From contig CAWFJP010000014.1 in assembly GCA_963816145.1 (NCBI GenBank), positions 512,001-576,000 on the forward strand: DNA of 64,000 nt, given 5' to 3'. Both the position numbers and the translations under genes were made by a program. Shown piece by piece: positions 1-10,497 of this stretch. Within the stretch, counting starts at the first letter, position 1. Every line of letters begins with the position of its first letter. The notes under the pieces are model-generated. The model saw nothing but the letters and a program-made list of their open reading frames with translations, searched no databases and was not told where the DNA came from. Source of the stretch: an uncultured delta proteobacterium. GTDB lineage: Bacteria > Desulfobacterota > Binatia > UBA9968.

Positions 1-723
1 TGCTCCGTAGTTCTCGATAAAGTGTTTCCGGTAAAGGAGCACCCCTACGGTGAACCGCTTGGCAGCCACCGTGAGCTTTGGCCGTTTTTCAAACGCGCCG
101 AAGAACTGTCGGTGCCGATTTATTTACACAACGTACAGCATGGGCACCGGATCAGTAATCTGTCGATCTTCCAGCGCGATGGTTTATATATTTTTGCGCC
201 CCAAGAAGGCCAGATGAGTTTGGTGTCGCTGATCACCAGCGGTTTGCTCGACGAATATCCCAAGTTGCAGTTTATTTTTACCGAAGCCGGCACCTCATTC
301 ATCAAACCGTTGGTGCAATGGCTCGACAAAGTCCTTGAGAGTCCGCCGGTCGATTACGACGATCAGGAAGACCCGCTCAACACCCGCGGCCCGTTAACCA
401 AGGTCGGCGAGCGGCTGCGCCGCGCGCGAGCCATCAATCCAGCGCAATTATTTCTCGAAAAAAATCGGCAGCCAGCGAGTTTCTATTTCAAGAATAATTT
501 TTATTTCACCATCGAGACCGAAGAGCCGGAGTTGCCGGAGGCGATCGAATTTCTCGGCGCCGAGCGGTTTCTCTTCGCCACCGATTACCCCCACGACGAT
601 CCTGGCGGCCGGATGAAGTTTGAAGATGTCCGGCTCCTGCGTGATCACAAAAAAATCGCCGAGGAGGCGAAGGAGATGATTCGTTTCAAGAACGCGCAGC
701 GTTTATTTACTTTGCCGGCATAA
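1..723 (+). CDS. amidohydrolase_2 family protein (5' truncated by window edge)
   Basis: Motifs LWPFF..AEEL..PIYLH, FTEAG, FATDYPHDD, NAQRLF typical of amidohydrolase_2. Confidence 0.85.
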   Translation, partial: CSVVLDKVFPVKEHPYGEPLGSHRELWPFFKRAEELSVPIYLHNVQHGHRISNLSIFQRDGLYIFAPQEGQMSLVSLITSGLLDEYPKLQFIFTEAGTSFIKPLVQWLDKVLESPPVDYDDQEDPLNTRGPLTKVGERLRRARAINPAQLFLEKNRQPASFYFKNNFYFTIETEEPELPEAIEFLGAERFLFATDYPHDDPGGRMKFEDVRLLRDHKKIAEEAKEMIRFKNAQRLFTLPA

Positions 724-758
724 CTCATTGCAGTAGAGTAGAAAGGTTAACACCCTAA

Positions 759-1247
759 GTGGCAATTCCGGAACGCTACAATACAGGCTACAACATCGGC
801 GTCGGCGGCGCCGTGGTGCGCGACGATAAACTGCTCTTTGTGCGCCGCGCTTCGCGGCACGGCCGGGGCAATTGGCAGTTGCCGGGTGGTTTCATCGAGC
901 CAGACGAGACCATCGAACAGGCCGTCGTGCGCGAGGTGCAAGAAGAAGCGGGAGTGACGGCTGAAGTCGAGGCGGTGCTCGGCCTGCGCAGCCGTTACGA
1001 CCCGGATAGCGGCAATGGTGTTTATGTGATCCTGCTATTGCGCCCGGTCGCCGGCGAGCCCCGCCCTGACGGCCATGAAACCGATCATGCAGAATTCTTC
1101 TCGCTGGAACAGATCGGCAAGCTCAACCCTCTGCCGCCGGTCAACTGGGAAATCGCCCAGCGCGTGCTCGCTCCGGACCGCCGCTTACTGCAGCCAAAAC
1201 CGCTGATGAATCTGAACGGGGCTAAGTTTACTCTATTCGTCGGTTAA
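759..1247 (+). CDS. NUDIX hydrolase
   Basis: Nudix box GGFIEPDETIEQAVVREVQEEAG. Confidence 0.92.
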   Translation: MAIPERYNTGYNIGVGGAVVRDDKLLFVRRASRHGRGNWQLPGGFIEPDETIEQAVVREVQEEAGVTAEVEAVLGLRSRYDPDSGNGVYVILLLRPVAGEPRPDGHETDHAEFFSLEQIGKLNPLPPVNWEIAQRVLAPDRRLLQPKPLMNLNGAKFTLFVG

Positions 1248-1408
1248 ATCGCGTCGTTCGTATCGCGATCGAGCTGACTCAAGCGAGGCCTGAACCAGCG
1301 CTAATAGTCCGGCGATCTAGACGGACGAGTCTTTTCTACAAGTTGACTTGGGTAGAGAATCCCGCACGCGGCATCACGATGACTGATCAGACGCAAGCCG
1401 CTGAAACA

Positions 1409-2587
1409 CTAGCGGGACGGTTCAGGGTGATCCGCCGGCAAAATTGTCACTTTGACCAATAACTGGCGGTCGGCTTGCTTGGCGGCTTCGAGTTCCTTGG
1501 CGGTATTTTTCGGTTCTGACTCGATGTTCGCTTCCGCGGCGAGATCTTTCTTGAAGATCTCAAAATGTTCGGGGGCGACGTTGTAAAATCTAATTTCGGC
1601 GATGGATTCTATTTTTGCTCTAGCTGCCGCTGGTGTAGGTGGGCGGGATGCGGTTAGCGCTGGATTTTCTGTATCGTTCGATTTTTGCAGCGAATCAGCG
1701 CTGCTCAAGCTTTCCACTTGATCGCGGCGCTGGGGCGCGCGGCGGCGCACGGTGAATTCAAAATCGGTAACCCGATCACCGATGGGAGTCGCTCGCTCCA
1801 AAGCCATCGCGGTTGGGCGCAACTCGGACTGGCGCAGGGCGCCAAGCGACGCTGGAAGGGGGGCGCTTAGGCCGCGGGAGTCGCCAAAGATTGAACTGTT
1901 GTCCCGTGCTGTGGTCACTTCCTGTACCCGCAACGGGGGTCGTTTGAAAGCTACGGCTATTTCTTCTCCAGAGCTCTCTATTTCGGTTCTTAACGGCGTC
2001 GTCGCGGTCGCTTTTACTTGCTGGGATTGCGCTGGCGCGGATGATCCAGCACGGAGCGGGGTTCCGGCATCCGCTGTATTCTCGACGGCCGCCGGAACGT
2101 TGGCTGTCGTCGTCTTCTTTGCTTCGCTTGCGCGATCTTTGAGTGGTGCTACCGGCACGGCACTGGCGGGGGATAGTTCCTTTTCTTTAACTGGCGTTTG
2201 GCCTTGATATCTTAAAGCTAGATTGACATCGCTGTTTTGCTTTAACGGTTGTGCCTTTTGATAGAGCGCTATGGCGGAGATGGCGACTACCGCTAAAGCG
2301 GTTGCCCGGACTAGCACTCGGCTGGTGAGCGGCAGCAGCAGCCGTTGCCATAGACTCGGTTTCGGTTCCAGATCGTGTGCATGGGCCATGACCCGCTGAG
2401 CGAAGCCAAGCGGCGGATCGAGCGTCGGCAACGTCGCGACTTGCTGGATACAGTCAGCTAACTCATTGGATTCAGCACGACAGAGCGCGCAGGAGATAAC
2501 ATGGGTCGCGACTCTTGTGGTCATCGCCGTGTCGAGGGACTTGTCGAGATATTCCGTCAGATGCTTGGAAACCTCTTCGCAGTTCAT
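1409..2587 (-). CDS. zf-HC2 anti-sigma factor, single TM plus long extracytoplasmic tail
   Basis: MNCEE...HVISCALC (HxxxCxxC), hydrophobic segment near aa 92-108, overlaps the sigma factor stop. Confidence 0.85.
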   Translation of the reverse strand: MNCEEVSKHLTEYLDKSLDTAMTTRVATHVISCALCRAESNELADCIQQVATLPTLDPPLGFAQRVMAHAHDLEPKPSLWQRLLLPLTSRVLVRATALAVVAISAIALYQKAQPLKQNSDVNLALRYQGQTPVKEKELSPASAVPVAPLKDRASEAKKTTTANVPAAVENTADAGTPLRAGSSAPAQSQQVKATATTPLRTEIESSGEEIAVAFKRPPLRVQEVTTARDNSSIFGDSRGLSAPLPASLGALRQSELRPTAMALERATPIGDRVTDFEFTVRRRAPQRRDQVESLSSADSLQKSNDTENPALTASRPPTPAAARAKIESIAEIRFYNVAPEHFEIFKKDLAAEANIESEPKNTAKELEAAKQADRQLLVKVTILPADHPEPSR

Positions 2588-3183
2588 ACTGCCTTCCTTC
2601 CCGCGTAGAAATAGGATGCTAGTTCGGATTTGAGCGCTTGCCGGGCACGATGCAAGCGTGACTTAACGGTGCCCACCGGCAATTCGAGCACCCGCGCGAC
2701 TTCCTCGTAGGGCACATCTTGGAGGTCACGCAATAGGATCACTGTGGCGTCGTCGGCTGATAGGTTATTTAGGGCGCGCTGCACGGTTTCCCGAATTTCT
2801 TTTTTTTCCATGGATTCCGCTGGGCCGGGTTGGGGATCGCGCATTGGCTCGGTGTTATCGATGGGGACATTGCGCTGTTGGCGAGTATTCATGCTCTTGC
2901 GCCGCGTGGTGGCATGGTTCAGCGCGATGCGATAGAGCCAAGTGGAAAAATTGGCGTCGCCGCGAAATTGGCCGATGGCCCGGTAGGCCGACAGAAACAC
3001 CTCTTGGGCAGTCTCCGCCGCTTCATCATAGTCGCCCAACATGCGGTAGGCGAGGTTGAAGATGGTTTTCTCATGGCGCCGGATCAGTGCCTCAAAGGCG
3101 TCGGTCTGCCCGCGCTGTAGCTTTTGGACATAATCGGCGTCGCTGATCGAGTCGGACAGCATCGGTTCAGACGGGTTAGACAT
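2584..3183 (-). CDS. ECF sigma-70 factor (RpoE/SigW-like)
   Basis: AQEVFLSAYRAIGQFRGDANFSTWLYRIA and YEEVARVLELPVGTVKSRLHRAR; start trimmed to ATG at 3183. Confidence 0.93.
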   Translation of the reverse strand: MSNPSEPMLSDSISDADYVQKLQRGQTDAFEALIRRHEKTIFNLAYRMLGDYDEAAETAQEVFLSAYRAIGQFRGDANFSTWLYRIALNHATTRRKSMNTRQQRNVPIDNTEPMRDPQPGPAESMEKKEIRETVQRALNNLSADDATVILLRDLQDVPYEEVARVLELPVGTVKSRLHRARQALKSELASYFYAGRKAV

Positions 3184-3424
3184 TGGCGTTAACAAAAAAG
3201 TTCCGCTTACGCAAAAGAATTTTAGCACCCTTATGGGCCAGTCTACCGGTGTTTTCCGGGCAGGTAAAGTGTCTGAATTTTGACCACTTAGCGTGTTGAT
3301 TGCATTTTTCACCGAAGCTCTCGGGGCCTTGTGCGTCGCCATGATTTGGCAATTATGATGCATTGATTACCAGAAATGCGTGGGCAATCGGATCGATGGG
3401 GATAAAGTTGTCGCGCAACCCGGC

Positions 3425-4357
3425 TTACACGGCCTCGTTCCACAGGTGCGAGAACTGTCTGGCGACAACCTGGTCGTAGGCTGCCGGAGCCTTGAGCAGG
3501 CCGATATCCTGGGCGAAGCGGTTCATGCTCTCGACCTTTTCCGGTGGGATAGTCGGATCGTAGTAGGGCAGATCGCGGCGTACTAGTTCGGCGATCAGCT
3601 CAGCTTCGGAGGGCGGAAAGCGTTTTTGACCGACGGCGGTGGCGCGATTGGGGTCTTGCTTTAATGCCTTATGGGCTTTCATCATGGCGCGGATCGCTGC
3701 CCGGGCAGCTGGCGGATCGTCTTTGATCGTTTTGTCGGTCGCTACGAGTGCCGAGAACGTGTAGTGGCGCGCCACAGTGGGGCCATCGCCGCGGCGGACA
3801 TCGAGGACCATGGTGCCGACGCCGCGCCGCACCGCCACCTCGCAGCCCATGCCGTTGGCCCAAAAGCCGTCCAGCGTTCCTTCTTCCAATGCTTTGGCCG
3901 CGGAAAGGCCAAAGGAAACGCTTGGGCCTGCCGCGCCGGGAATCGGCATGATCTGCACGTGGTTTTTTACCGGATCGATACCGGCTTCCACCAGCATGCG
4001 TTGTAAGCTCAAGTTGACGCCGGGCGCGGCGCCGATGCGCAAGCCCTTGACGATGCTGAGGTCGCCGCGCTGCGGTTTCAGATCGCTGCGGATGACCAGA
4101 AACCAGTAGGTATGCTGGCCGCAGGCGGCAAGCAGCTTGGCGCCTTGCCACTCCGGAAACGCCAGTAGCGTCGCGTGCGCCGAGCCGACGACGAAGTCGA
4201 GCGAACCGTCGCGCAGTGCTTCAAAAGTCTTGGGAATAGGGAACAGCAAATCGACTGATGCGTCGAACCCTTCTTCTTTAAAAAATCCCATCTCGACTGC
4301 AGCAATAATTGGAAAATAAGAATTCGAAACTAGGTCCGGTACCGCTATGCGTAGCAT
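3425..4357 (-). CDS. NMT1/THI5/SsuA-like substrate-binding-fold protein without an obvious signal peptide
   Basis: MGFFKEEGFDASV, ALRDGSLDF, LxGLRIG, ALEEGTLDG patterns; begins MLRIAVPDL. Confidence 0.8.
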   Translation of the reverse strand: MLRIAVPDLVSNSYFPIIAAVEMGFFKEEGFDASVDLLFPIPKTFEALRDGSLDFVVGSAHATLLAFPEWQGAKLLAACGQHTYWFLVIRSDLKPQRGDLSIVKGLRIGAAPGVNLSLQRMLVEAGIDPVKNHVQIMPIPGAAGPSVSFGLSAAKALEEGTLDGFWANGMGCEVAVRRGVGTMVLDVRRGDGPTVARHYTFSALVATDKTIKDDPPAARAAIRAMMKAHKALKQDPNRATAVGQKRFPPSEAELIAELVRRDLPYYDPTIPPEKVESMNRFAQDIGLLKAPAAYDQVVARQFSHLWNEAV

Positions 4358-4434
4358 GATTTCTCCGCGATTTTTTCTGGCTTCCAAACGAATGAAACGA
4401 TTTGAACGTTTGGAACGACTGGAACCTTCTTCTT

Positions 4435-4785
4435 TTAGTCCGCCAACGGCACGGTCATGAAGACATGGGGATCATTGCCGAGCACGCGCGAGGTGTGGCC
4501 TTCGCCGGTGGTGTCGTCGGCGAGCATGACGTCGCCGGTTTTGAATACGCGCTTGACGCCGTTGCTGGCTTCGATTTCCCAGGAACCGGACAGGCTGACG
4601 AGGTATTGGCGCCGCGGCGCCGGATGGCGTTCCAAAAAGAGTCCGGCCGGCGCTGAGCGAAACACCGCGCCGGTGGCGGCGCGCATGTCCGTGCTCAGCA
4701 TCGGCTGGTTGCCACCGAACTTGAGTTCGATTTCTTCGAAGTGCGATTTTTGATCGCTGCCGCTGTAGAGTCTGACAATTTTCAT
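4435..4785 (-). CDS. cupin-like protein
   Basis: HPAPRRQY..LSG.WEI...G.V.L.DDTTGEGH motif; GGAGG RBS. Confidence 0.75.
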   Translation of the reverse strand: MKIVRLYSGSDQKSHFEEIELKFGGNQPMLSTDMRAATGAVFRSAPAGLFLERHPAPRRQYLVSLSGSWEIEASNGVKRVFKTGDVMLADDTTGEGHTSRVLGNDPHVFMTVPLAD

Positions 4786-4857
4786 GGGTCCTCCTGAATT
4801 ACTGATTGTGAAAGCTCGTGCAATTGGCGCGCGTTGATCGTTACCGGAAGACCTAGC

Positions 4858-4934
4858 TCACCACGAAGGACACGAAGTTCACGAAGGAAAGAAAATTTGC
4901 TCCCAAACCTCGTGCCCTTCGTGCCTTCGTGGTA
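4858..4934. repeat. intergenic palindrome built of 9-bp CACGAAGNN units
   Basis: ccacgaaggacacgaagttcacgaag ... cctcgtgcccttcgtgccttcgtgg; related copies at 26014-26290 and 27614-27693. Confidence 0.85.
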
Positions 4935-4977
4935 AACAACTCTGTTGCATATGATCGCGAATAATTAACTGTGCGCG

Positions 4978-5400
4978 TCAAATCTTGTACTCCAAGCCCG
5001 CGGCTTTGATCCCGGCGACGACGCAGGCTTCGTCTTCATCGGCGCTCGCGCCGCTGGCACCGGCTGCGCCGATGACGGTTTCGCCGTCCATGATCAGCAC
5101 GCCGCCGGCCACCGGCACTACTTTGCCACCGCTCATGTCGGATAGCGCTCCGAGAAAAGCGGGCATCTCCTTCAAGCGATTGCCGAGATGGCGGCTCGAC
5201 TCGCCCATGCCGATGGCGCCCCAAGCTTTGCTCACGGCGATGGTGGGGCGCAATAGACTCGCGCCGTCGTCACGTTGCAGCGCTTTGAGATTGCCGCCGT
5301 CGTCAAGCACGGCGACGCAGAGCGGGCGAATCTTGTTCTCGTGCGCGTGGGCGAGCGCTCGGTCACATATAAGCTTGGCCTTTTCCAATGTCAGCTTCAT
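4978..5400 (-). CDS. GlcG/HbpS family heme-binding protein
   Basis: VAVLDDGG.L..L.R.DG, KAWGA, GGVLI..G..IGA.GASGA..DED. Confidence 0.9.
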   Translation of the reverse strand: MKLTLEKAKLICDRALAHAHENKIRPLCVAVLDDGGNLKALQRDDGASLLRPTIAVSKAWGAIGMGESSRHLGNRLKEMPAFLGALSDMSGGKVVPVAGGVLIMDGETVIGAAGASGASADEDEACVVAGIKAAGLEYKI

Positions 5401-5422
5401 AACTTTGCCGTTTCCTTTCGTA

Positions 5423-6043
5423 TCACAGAGGTATCTGTCGTTTGTCCATGGCACGGCGCCATTTTTTCTCCGCGTCTAGGCCGAAGACGAGAGACTTGTC
5501 CGCGCTGACGGTGAACCACGAGTTGGCTTTGATCTCTGCCTCCAATTGTCCAGGAGCCCAGCCAGCGTAGCCCATGATGAGCAACGCCTGGCGCGGACCG
5601 GTTCCCAATGCCAGCGCTTGCACCATCCTGGCGTCGACGGTCATGGCGATGCCGTCTTTGACTTTGGTGCTGCTGTCTATGACCATTTCATCGCTATGCA
5701 GGACAAATCCCTGGCGGCGCCCGACCGGGCCGCCGTAGTGCACCACGATTTCGCCCTTGGCGCCTTTGCTATCGATGCCAAAACCTTTCAGGACTTCGCT
5801 GACGGAACCCTTGGCAACCGGCTTGTTGATGACCAGGCCGACCGCGCCTTCGTCGCTATGTTTGACCAGGTAGATGACGGTTTCGGCAAAGCGCGGGTCG
5901 TTCATTTCACTGGTAGCGACGAGCAGTTGACCAGCCAAGGATCGTTCGGCGGCCGTTGTCGGGGCGCCGGACATGGCGATGACGATGGCTAACCGTGCCG
6001 CAGTTAGCCAAACCCACCGCTGATATATTGATCCTACCGCCAA
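5423..6043 (-). CDS. YqgE/AlgH family protein
   Basis: LLVA..M.DPRF..TV, GA.GLVINKP, GGPV, GYAGWAPGQLE.E. Confidence 0.93.
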   Translation of the reverse strand: MAVGSIYQRWVWLTAARLAIVIAMSGAPTTAAERSLAGQLLVATSEMNDPRFAETVIYLVKHSDEGAVGLVINKPVAKGSVSEVLKGFGIDSKGAKGEIVVHYGGPVGRRQGFVLHSDEMVIDSSTKVKDGIAMTVDARMVQALALGTGPRQALLIMGYAGWAPGQLEAEIKANSWFTVSADKSLVFGLDAEKKWRRAMDKRQIPL

Positions 6044-6078
6044 GGTTCGATCCCCGTAAGGTCAGGTCGCTGAATCGC

Positions 6079-6510
6079 CTAGCCGCGCACTTTAGGGCCG
6101 ACGCTTTCGATGGCGATGCGAATGATCACGCGTTTTTCGCGCACCATGCGTTCGTGAAACTCCGGCCAGCTCTTGTGCTCGCCGTAGGCTTGGCGCTGCA
6201 AGTAAACCAGCGTGTCGAGGGCTTCGGGCAACGAAACGATCTCGGCTTTGCCGCTGACTTGCACCCAGCCTTCGCCGTGAAAGGTTTTGGAAAAGGCGCA
6301 TAGTGCGGCGCGCGGATCGCGCCGCAGATTGTTGACCTTATAGGCGGTCTCCCGGCTACTGATCACTGCCCGGCCTTGGCTATCGAGGCCGCAGGTCACC
6401 GGCGACATCTGCAAGTCGCCGTTCTTGCGCCGGGTGGCGAGCACACCGTGATGGTGGTTTTTGAGAAATTCTTTGGCTTTGCCGGTTTCCACCGGAATAA
6501 ATTCCGCCAT
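6079..6510 (-). CDS. PPOX-class (putative F420-dependent) oxidoreductase
   Basis: GVLAT.R.NG..Q.SPV, K..NLRRDPR, RVIIRI. Confidence 0.85.
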   Translation of the reverse strand: MAEFIPVETGKAKEFLKNHHHGVLATRRKNGDLQMSPVTCGLDSQGRAVISSRETAYKVNNLRRDPRAALCAFSKTFHGEGWVQVSGKAEIVSLPEALDTLVYLQRQAYGEHKSWPEFHERMVREKRVIIRIAIESVGPKVRG

Positions 6511-6667
6511 TGGGCGATTTCCTTACTTCGGTTACTGAGTTCGATCGGATGATCGTCAAAGTAGAACACCGGCGCGATCAATTGCAAGCGCGCGGGATTA
6601 TCTGTCAGTTTTCCAGCTTCATCTATTAGCAATCAGCCATACAACCATAGCCGACGCTCGTTTCGCC

Positions 6668-6696
6668 TTGACCGGTTTGTTCACATAACTTATAAC
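6668..6696 (+). promoter_or_regulatory. sigma70-type promoter for the LON-domain gene
   Basis: TTGACC-17 bp-TATAAC, ~20 bp upstream of the start codon. Confidence 0.6.
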
Positions 6697-6715
6697 CAAC
6701 TCAGAGGACGAGCGT

Positions 6716-7405
6716 GTGAGTATGACTATTCCAGAAATGAAGTGTCCGGAAATTCTTCCGGTATTTCCGTTAACCGGGGTGATGATGCTGCCGGGGACGG
6801 TGTTGCCGCTGCATATTTTCGAGCCGCGCTATCGCGCCATGGTCGAAGATGCACAGGAAGCCGCCAAGATATTCGGCATGATCCAGCCCTACACGCCGCA
6901 AAACGATAATCGCGGTCCGCAACCGGGCAGCGATGACGTCGCTCCGGATCTGTACCGCGTCGGCTGCGCAGGTTACATGGAGAAGTGCGAGAAATTGCCG
7001 GATGGCCGCTTCTTTGTCCAGCTCAAGGGAATCAACCGGTTTCGCTTCACTGAAGAATTGCCGCTGCAGCGCGGCTATCGCAGAGTCAAGGCGCTCTACA
7101 GCGACTTTCCCGACGCGGCTTTAGAGCAAGGCTGGCACTGCTCGCGGGCGGCGATCATCGAGGCGTTGTCGATCTACGGCAAAGCTCACGGCATGCAGGT
7201 CAATGCCGATCAAGCGTCAAAATTTTCCGATTTGGAATTGGTTAACTTGCTCGGCGTCTCATTGCCGTTTCATCCCGCCGAAAAACAAGCGCTGCTCGAA
7301 GCCGCGACCCTCAATGACCGGGAAAACATGCTCATCGACTTGCTCAAGCTCGGCGCCGGCCCGGCCGACGGCGACATCGAGATTGCTCCGCGCACGCTTA
7401 ATTAA
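6716..7405 (+). CDS. LON peptidase substrate-binding domain protein
   Basis: LPVFPL....LPG..LPLHIFEPRYRAMV, EKQALLEA. Confidence 0.92.
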   Translation: MSMTIPEMKCPEILPVFPLTGVMMLPGTVLPLHIFEPRYRAMVEDAQEAAKIFGMIQPYTPQNDNRGPQPGSDDVAPDLYRVGCAGYMEKCEKLPDGRFFVQLKGINRFRFTEELPLQRGYRRVKALYSDFPDAALEQGWHCSRAAIIEALSIYGKAHGMQVNADQASKFSDLELVNLLGVSLPFHPAEKQALLEAATLNDRENMLIDLLKLGAGPADGDIEIAPRTLN

Positions 7406-7417
7406 ATAACACTAAGG

Positions 7418-7494
7418 GTAAGGAGTGAGTAGTCAATAGCGAGGAGAGGAGGAACTCCAGATGTTTGGAAGTCTCCTCACTCCTCACTACTTAC
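7418..7494. repeat. imperfect inverted repeat of heptamer-like units between convergent genes (possible bidirectional terminator)
   Basis: gtaaggagtgagtagt ... actcctcactacttac. Confidence 0.55.
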
Positions 7495-7501
7495 GTCATC
7501 C

Positions 7502-8311
7502 TCATTCCGCGATATCGACCAGCACCCCGTCGGGGTCTGACACGAAATGCTTGCCAAGACAGCAACGGTGAAAGTCTTCCTCGTTTTTCTTGCCATTGCC
7601 GCCGACGAATTTTCCGCTTGGCGGGGGCGGTGCGCTCTCAGATAGCGTGGCCAAGTCGCTTTTGGCTTGCTCCAAGCTTTCCACTTTGAAACCGAAGTGG
7701 TCGAGTCCCTCGCGTAGTCCTCGGTAAAGGCTGTTGTCGCGTCGGCGCAGCAACAGTTTCACTTTGCCGTCGGTCATGCAGATGGAGCCGTCATCCTTAT
7801 ACGTTTCGGCTTCCTTCAACTCGAAGATCCTTTCGTAGAACTCGGCGACCTGCGCAGGGTCGTTGGCGCGGATCGAGATGTGATTGATCCAGCGCGGCTG
7901 TTCCCAGCCCGCTTCGTTGTAGCCTTCGCGGACGTTGGCCACGCGGGCCTGGGCGATATCGAAATGTGCGCTTGCCGGATCGTAGCTGCGCAGTCCGGCG
8001 AACGGGACATAATCGAGCCCTCTGGCGATCATGGTCTTGGGATAATGCTGCTCCATGCGCCGAACGAACTCTTTGATGTCCTCGACTTCAAAACCATAGT
8101 GATCCATGCCGGACTGCATCCCGGCATAACGCGACAATACCGCCAAGCCGATGACGCCGTCGCTGATATGGCCGCGGCTGGCGTTCTGCTTGCCGGTTTC
8201 ATCCAGCGTGTTGCTGGTCATGCGCCGCATGCCGAAGACCTGCTGGTAAAACTGATCCACTGCGGCGTGGTTGTGCGTGTACATGGCGATGTGGCGGATT
8301 TTTCCAAACAT
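7502..8311 (-). CDS. two-domain VOC/glyoxalase family protein
   Basis: Repeated IRHIA/INHIS..FY..FG, DHYGFEVE/DHFGFKVE, DPDGV. Confidence 0.88.
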   Translation of the reverse strand: MFGKIRHIAMYTHNHAAVDQFYQQVFGMRRMTSNTLDETGKQNASRGHISDGVIGLAVLSRYAGMQSGMDHYGFEVEDIKEFVRRMEQHYPKTMIARGLDYVPFAGLRSYDPASAHFDIAQARVANVREGYNEAGWEQPRWINHISIRANDPAQVAEFYERIFELKEAETYKDDGSICMTDGKVKLLLRRRDNSLYRGLREGLDHFGFKVESLEQAKSDLATLSESAPPPPSGKFVGGNGKKNEEDFHRCCLGKHFVSDPDGVLVDIAE

Positions 8312-8429
8312 GGGAATCCTCCTGAGAGGTTGCGAATAGTTTGTTTCTAACGCGGCCGAATATGTTTTAGCAAGACCGGTGGTGATTTCGAAATTCAGAG
8401 AAATCTACAATGCCGAAAATTCAGCCCGC

Positions 8430-9425
8430 TCAGCGGTACAACCTGGTGTAAAATCCGCTGTCTTCAAGCTCTTTGATAAAATGGGTGTCGGTAAAATCTT
8501 CCGGTTTTGCCGTCGCCAACTCCGGCGTCGTCTTGACCATGAAATTCATCAGCGTTTGCAGACCGGCTTTTGTCGGGTACGGAATCTTCGGCGCCGCTTT
8601 GAGGACGACCTCGGTGTAGGCTTCCTCGATCGATTTGTCGTCGCCCTTGAGATACTTCTTCATGATCTGCTGGGTCGCTTTGGGGTTGGTGTGAATGAAG
8701 TGAATGCCTTCGGAATAGGCCATGACGAATTGGCGCAGGACGTCGGCTTTGCGGTTGATGAAATTTCTCGTCGTGTAGATCGCATTCTGCTGATACTCGA
8801 CGTCAATGTCCATGAAGTTGGCCAGCACGCGAAAGCCTAATTCACGCGCTTTGGTGGTTTCGGGCGGGATCAGCAGGGTTGCCGCCACCGAACCGCTGGT
8901 GAGCGCGGCGAAGCGGCTCGGCACGGCGCCGACGGCAATCAAATTCATGTCCTTTTCGGGCTGAATACCAAATCTTGGCATGACCAGCAGTGTCGCGGTC
9001 TGATCTGCGGCGCCGATGCGGGCGATGCCGAAACGTTTGCCTTTCAGATCCGAGATTTGCCGAATACTCGGCGCGGCGACTAGTTGATACGGGAAGCGGT
9101 TGGTGTTGCCGAGAATGATATAAGTGCCGGCGCCTTTGAGGTTGGTTTGGATCGCCGGAGCCGGTCCGCCTTGCGCCAGCGCCACTTCACCGGAGAGCAG
9201 CGCGGCGTTGACCACCGGCGCGCCGCTGATAAACACCAGATCGACGTCGAGTCCGTATTTTTTGAACAGGCCGGTGTCGAGCGGCACCCAGAGGTTGACT
9301 TGGCTCGTGCTGATCGAACCCATTGCCACACGTAGTTTTTCCGGTTGCGCTTGGCCGGCTTCACCGATGCCGCTCCAATGGGCGATCAGCGCGGTGATCA
9401 AGAGTTTTACGATAAATCGTTTCAT
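8430..9425 (-). CDS. NMT1/SsuA-like ABC substrate-binding protein
   Basis: Signal peptide, GLFKKYGLDVDLV, ALLSGEV, DLKGKRFG. Confidence 0.9.
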   Translation of the reverse strand: MKRFIVKLLITALIAHWSGIGEAGQAQPEKLRVAMGSISTSQVNLWVPLDTGLFKKYGLDVDLVFISGAPVVNAALLSGEVALAQGGPAPAIQTNLKGAGTYIILGNTNRFPYQLVAAPSIRQISDLKGKRFGIARIGAADQTATLLVMPRFGIQPEKDMNLIAVGAVPSRFAALTSGSVAATLLIPPETTKARELGFRVLANFMDIDVEYQQNAIYTTRNFINRKADVLRQFVMAYSEGIHFIHTNPKATQQIMKKYLKGDDKSIEEAYTEVVLKAAPKIPYPTKAGLQTLMNFMVKTTPELATAKPEDFTDTHFIKELEDSGFYTRLYR

Positions 9426-10237
9426 TTCGAGCTCGTTGCTAAGAACCGCCGGATGATTCGGTGCGCTTCATCCGGGTTGGTCATGAAATAGTTGTGCGCT
9501 TCATTGGCGATCACCGCGTATTGGCTGTTGGGCAGAGCTTTGGCCATCGCCTCGGACGCGACGCGATGCGACGCGCCGGTGGCCGAGCCGTGATCTTGGT
9601 CGCCGACGAGCACCAGCGTCGGTTGTTTGATCTCGCGGAGCCGGCCACTGACATCGCAAGCTTGGCGGGCGACGACATGGCGCAGGTAGTCATCCAACTT
9701 TGGCAGGTTGTTCATACGAATGCTTAGAAAATGTTCGACCCGGTCGGGATGATCGCGGATATATTCCGGCGGCCAGCCGACTTCGAGAGTGTGCTCGCGA
9801 ACATATTTCTCATAGCCCCACTCGACCATCTCTTTGCACATCTTAAATGGAATCGGCGGAGCGTTGGCGACTCCGGGTCCCACCGATGCAGCGATGATCT
9901 TTGTGACGCGATCCGGATATTTGAGTGCCATTAGCAGGGCCACCCGGCCGCCCATGGAGTGGCCGAGAACGATTGCCGGTCCTACGTTCAGGTCATCGAG
10001 GATGCCTACCGCATCGTCGACGAAATCGTCGCAGGAGTATTGCTCGGTTCGCCGGCTCGACTTGCCGGTGCCGCGGTAGTCATGGGTAATTACCAGATGA
10101 TCACGGGAAAACTCCGGTACTTGAAATGTGTTCCAGATATCCCCGGCGCAGGCGGTTTCGCTGAAAAATAGGAACGGCGCGCCGTCGCCGTGGGTTTCAA
10201 AAAAGATCTTCAGATCGTTGCGTTGGGAGATGGCCAT
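9422..10237 (-). CDS. alpha/beta hydrolase
   Basis: DYRGTGKS, GHSMGG nucleophile elbow, PTLVLVGDQD, C-terminal His. Confidence 0.92.
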   Translation of the reverse strand: MAISQRNDLKIFFETHGDGAPFLFFSETACAGDIWNTFQVPEFSRDHLVITHDYRGTGKSSRRTEQYSCDDFVDDAVGILDDLNVGPAIVLGHSMGGRVALLMALKYPDRVTKIIAASVGPGVANAPPIPFKMCKEMVEWGYEKYVREHTLEVGWPPEYIRDHPDRVEHFLSIRMNNLPKLDDYLRHVVARQACDVSGRLREIKQPTLVLVGDQDHGSATGASHRVASEAMAKALPNSQYAVIANEAHNYFMTNPDEAHRIIRRFLATSSK

Positions 10238-10497
10238 GGCCGTGCTGTTATGATTTGAGTGTTATTAGAGCGCCGACTGTTGTGACAATTGGCAAAGACC
10301 AAGGGCGGCGATATGCAGACATCCCGGCTTTGCACTGATTGTCTTTGCCATAGATCACTGTTCGATTATACAAGCGGCACCTGGTCAGTTATCGGTTGAT
10401 CATGTCTGTGCCATCTAGGCGACCGAAGATTGTCGCGATCATTTGACAACGATCCTTATAGCATGAGACTAACGAAAAACCGATTAGGAAGTGTTCC

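Noticed and set aside
1248-1408. ncRNA between the NUDIX and anti-sigma genes
   Set aside because: Only short imperfect hairpins; no recognisable RNA family.
6540-6632. Possible gene remnants (LIAPVFYFDDHP here; also 26324-26420)
   Set aside because: Look coding-like, but no parent gene or family could be identified in the window.
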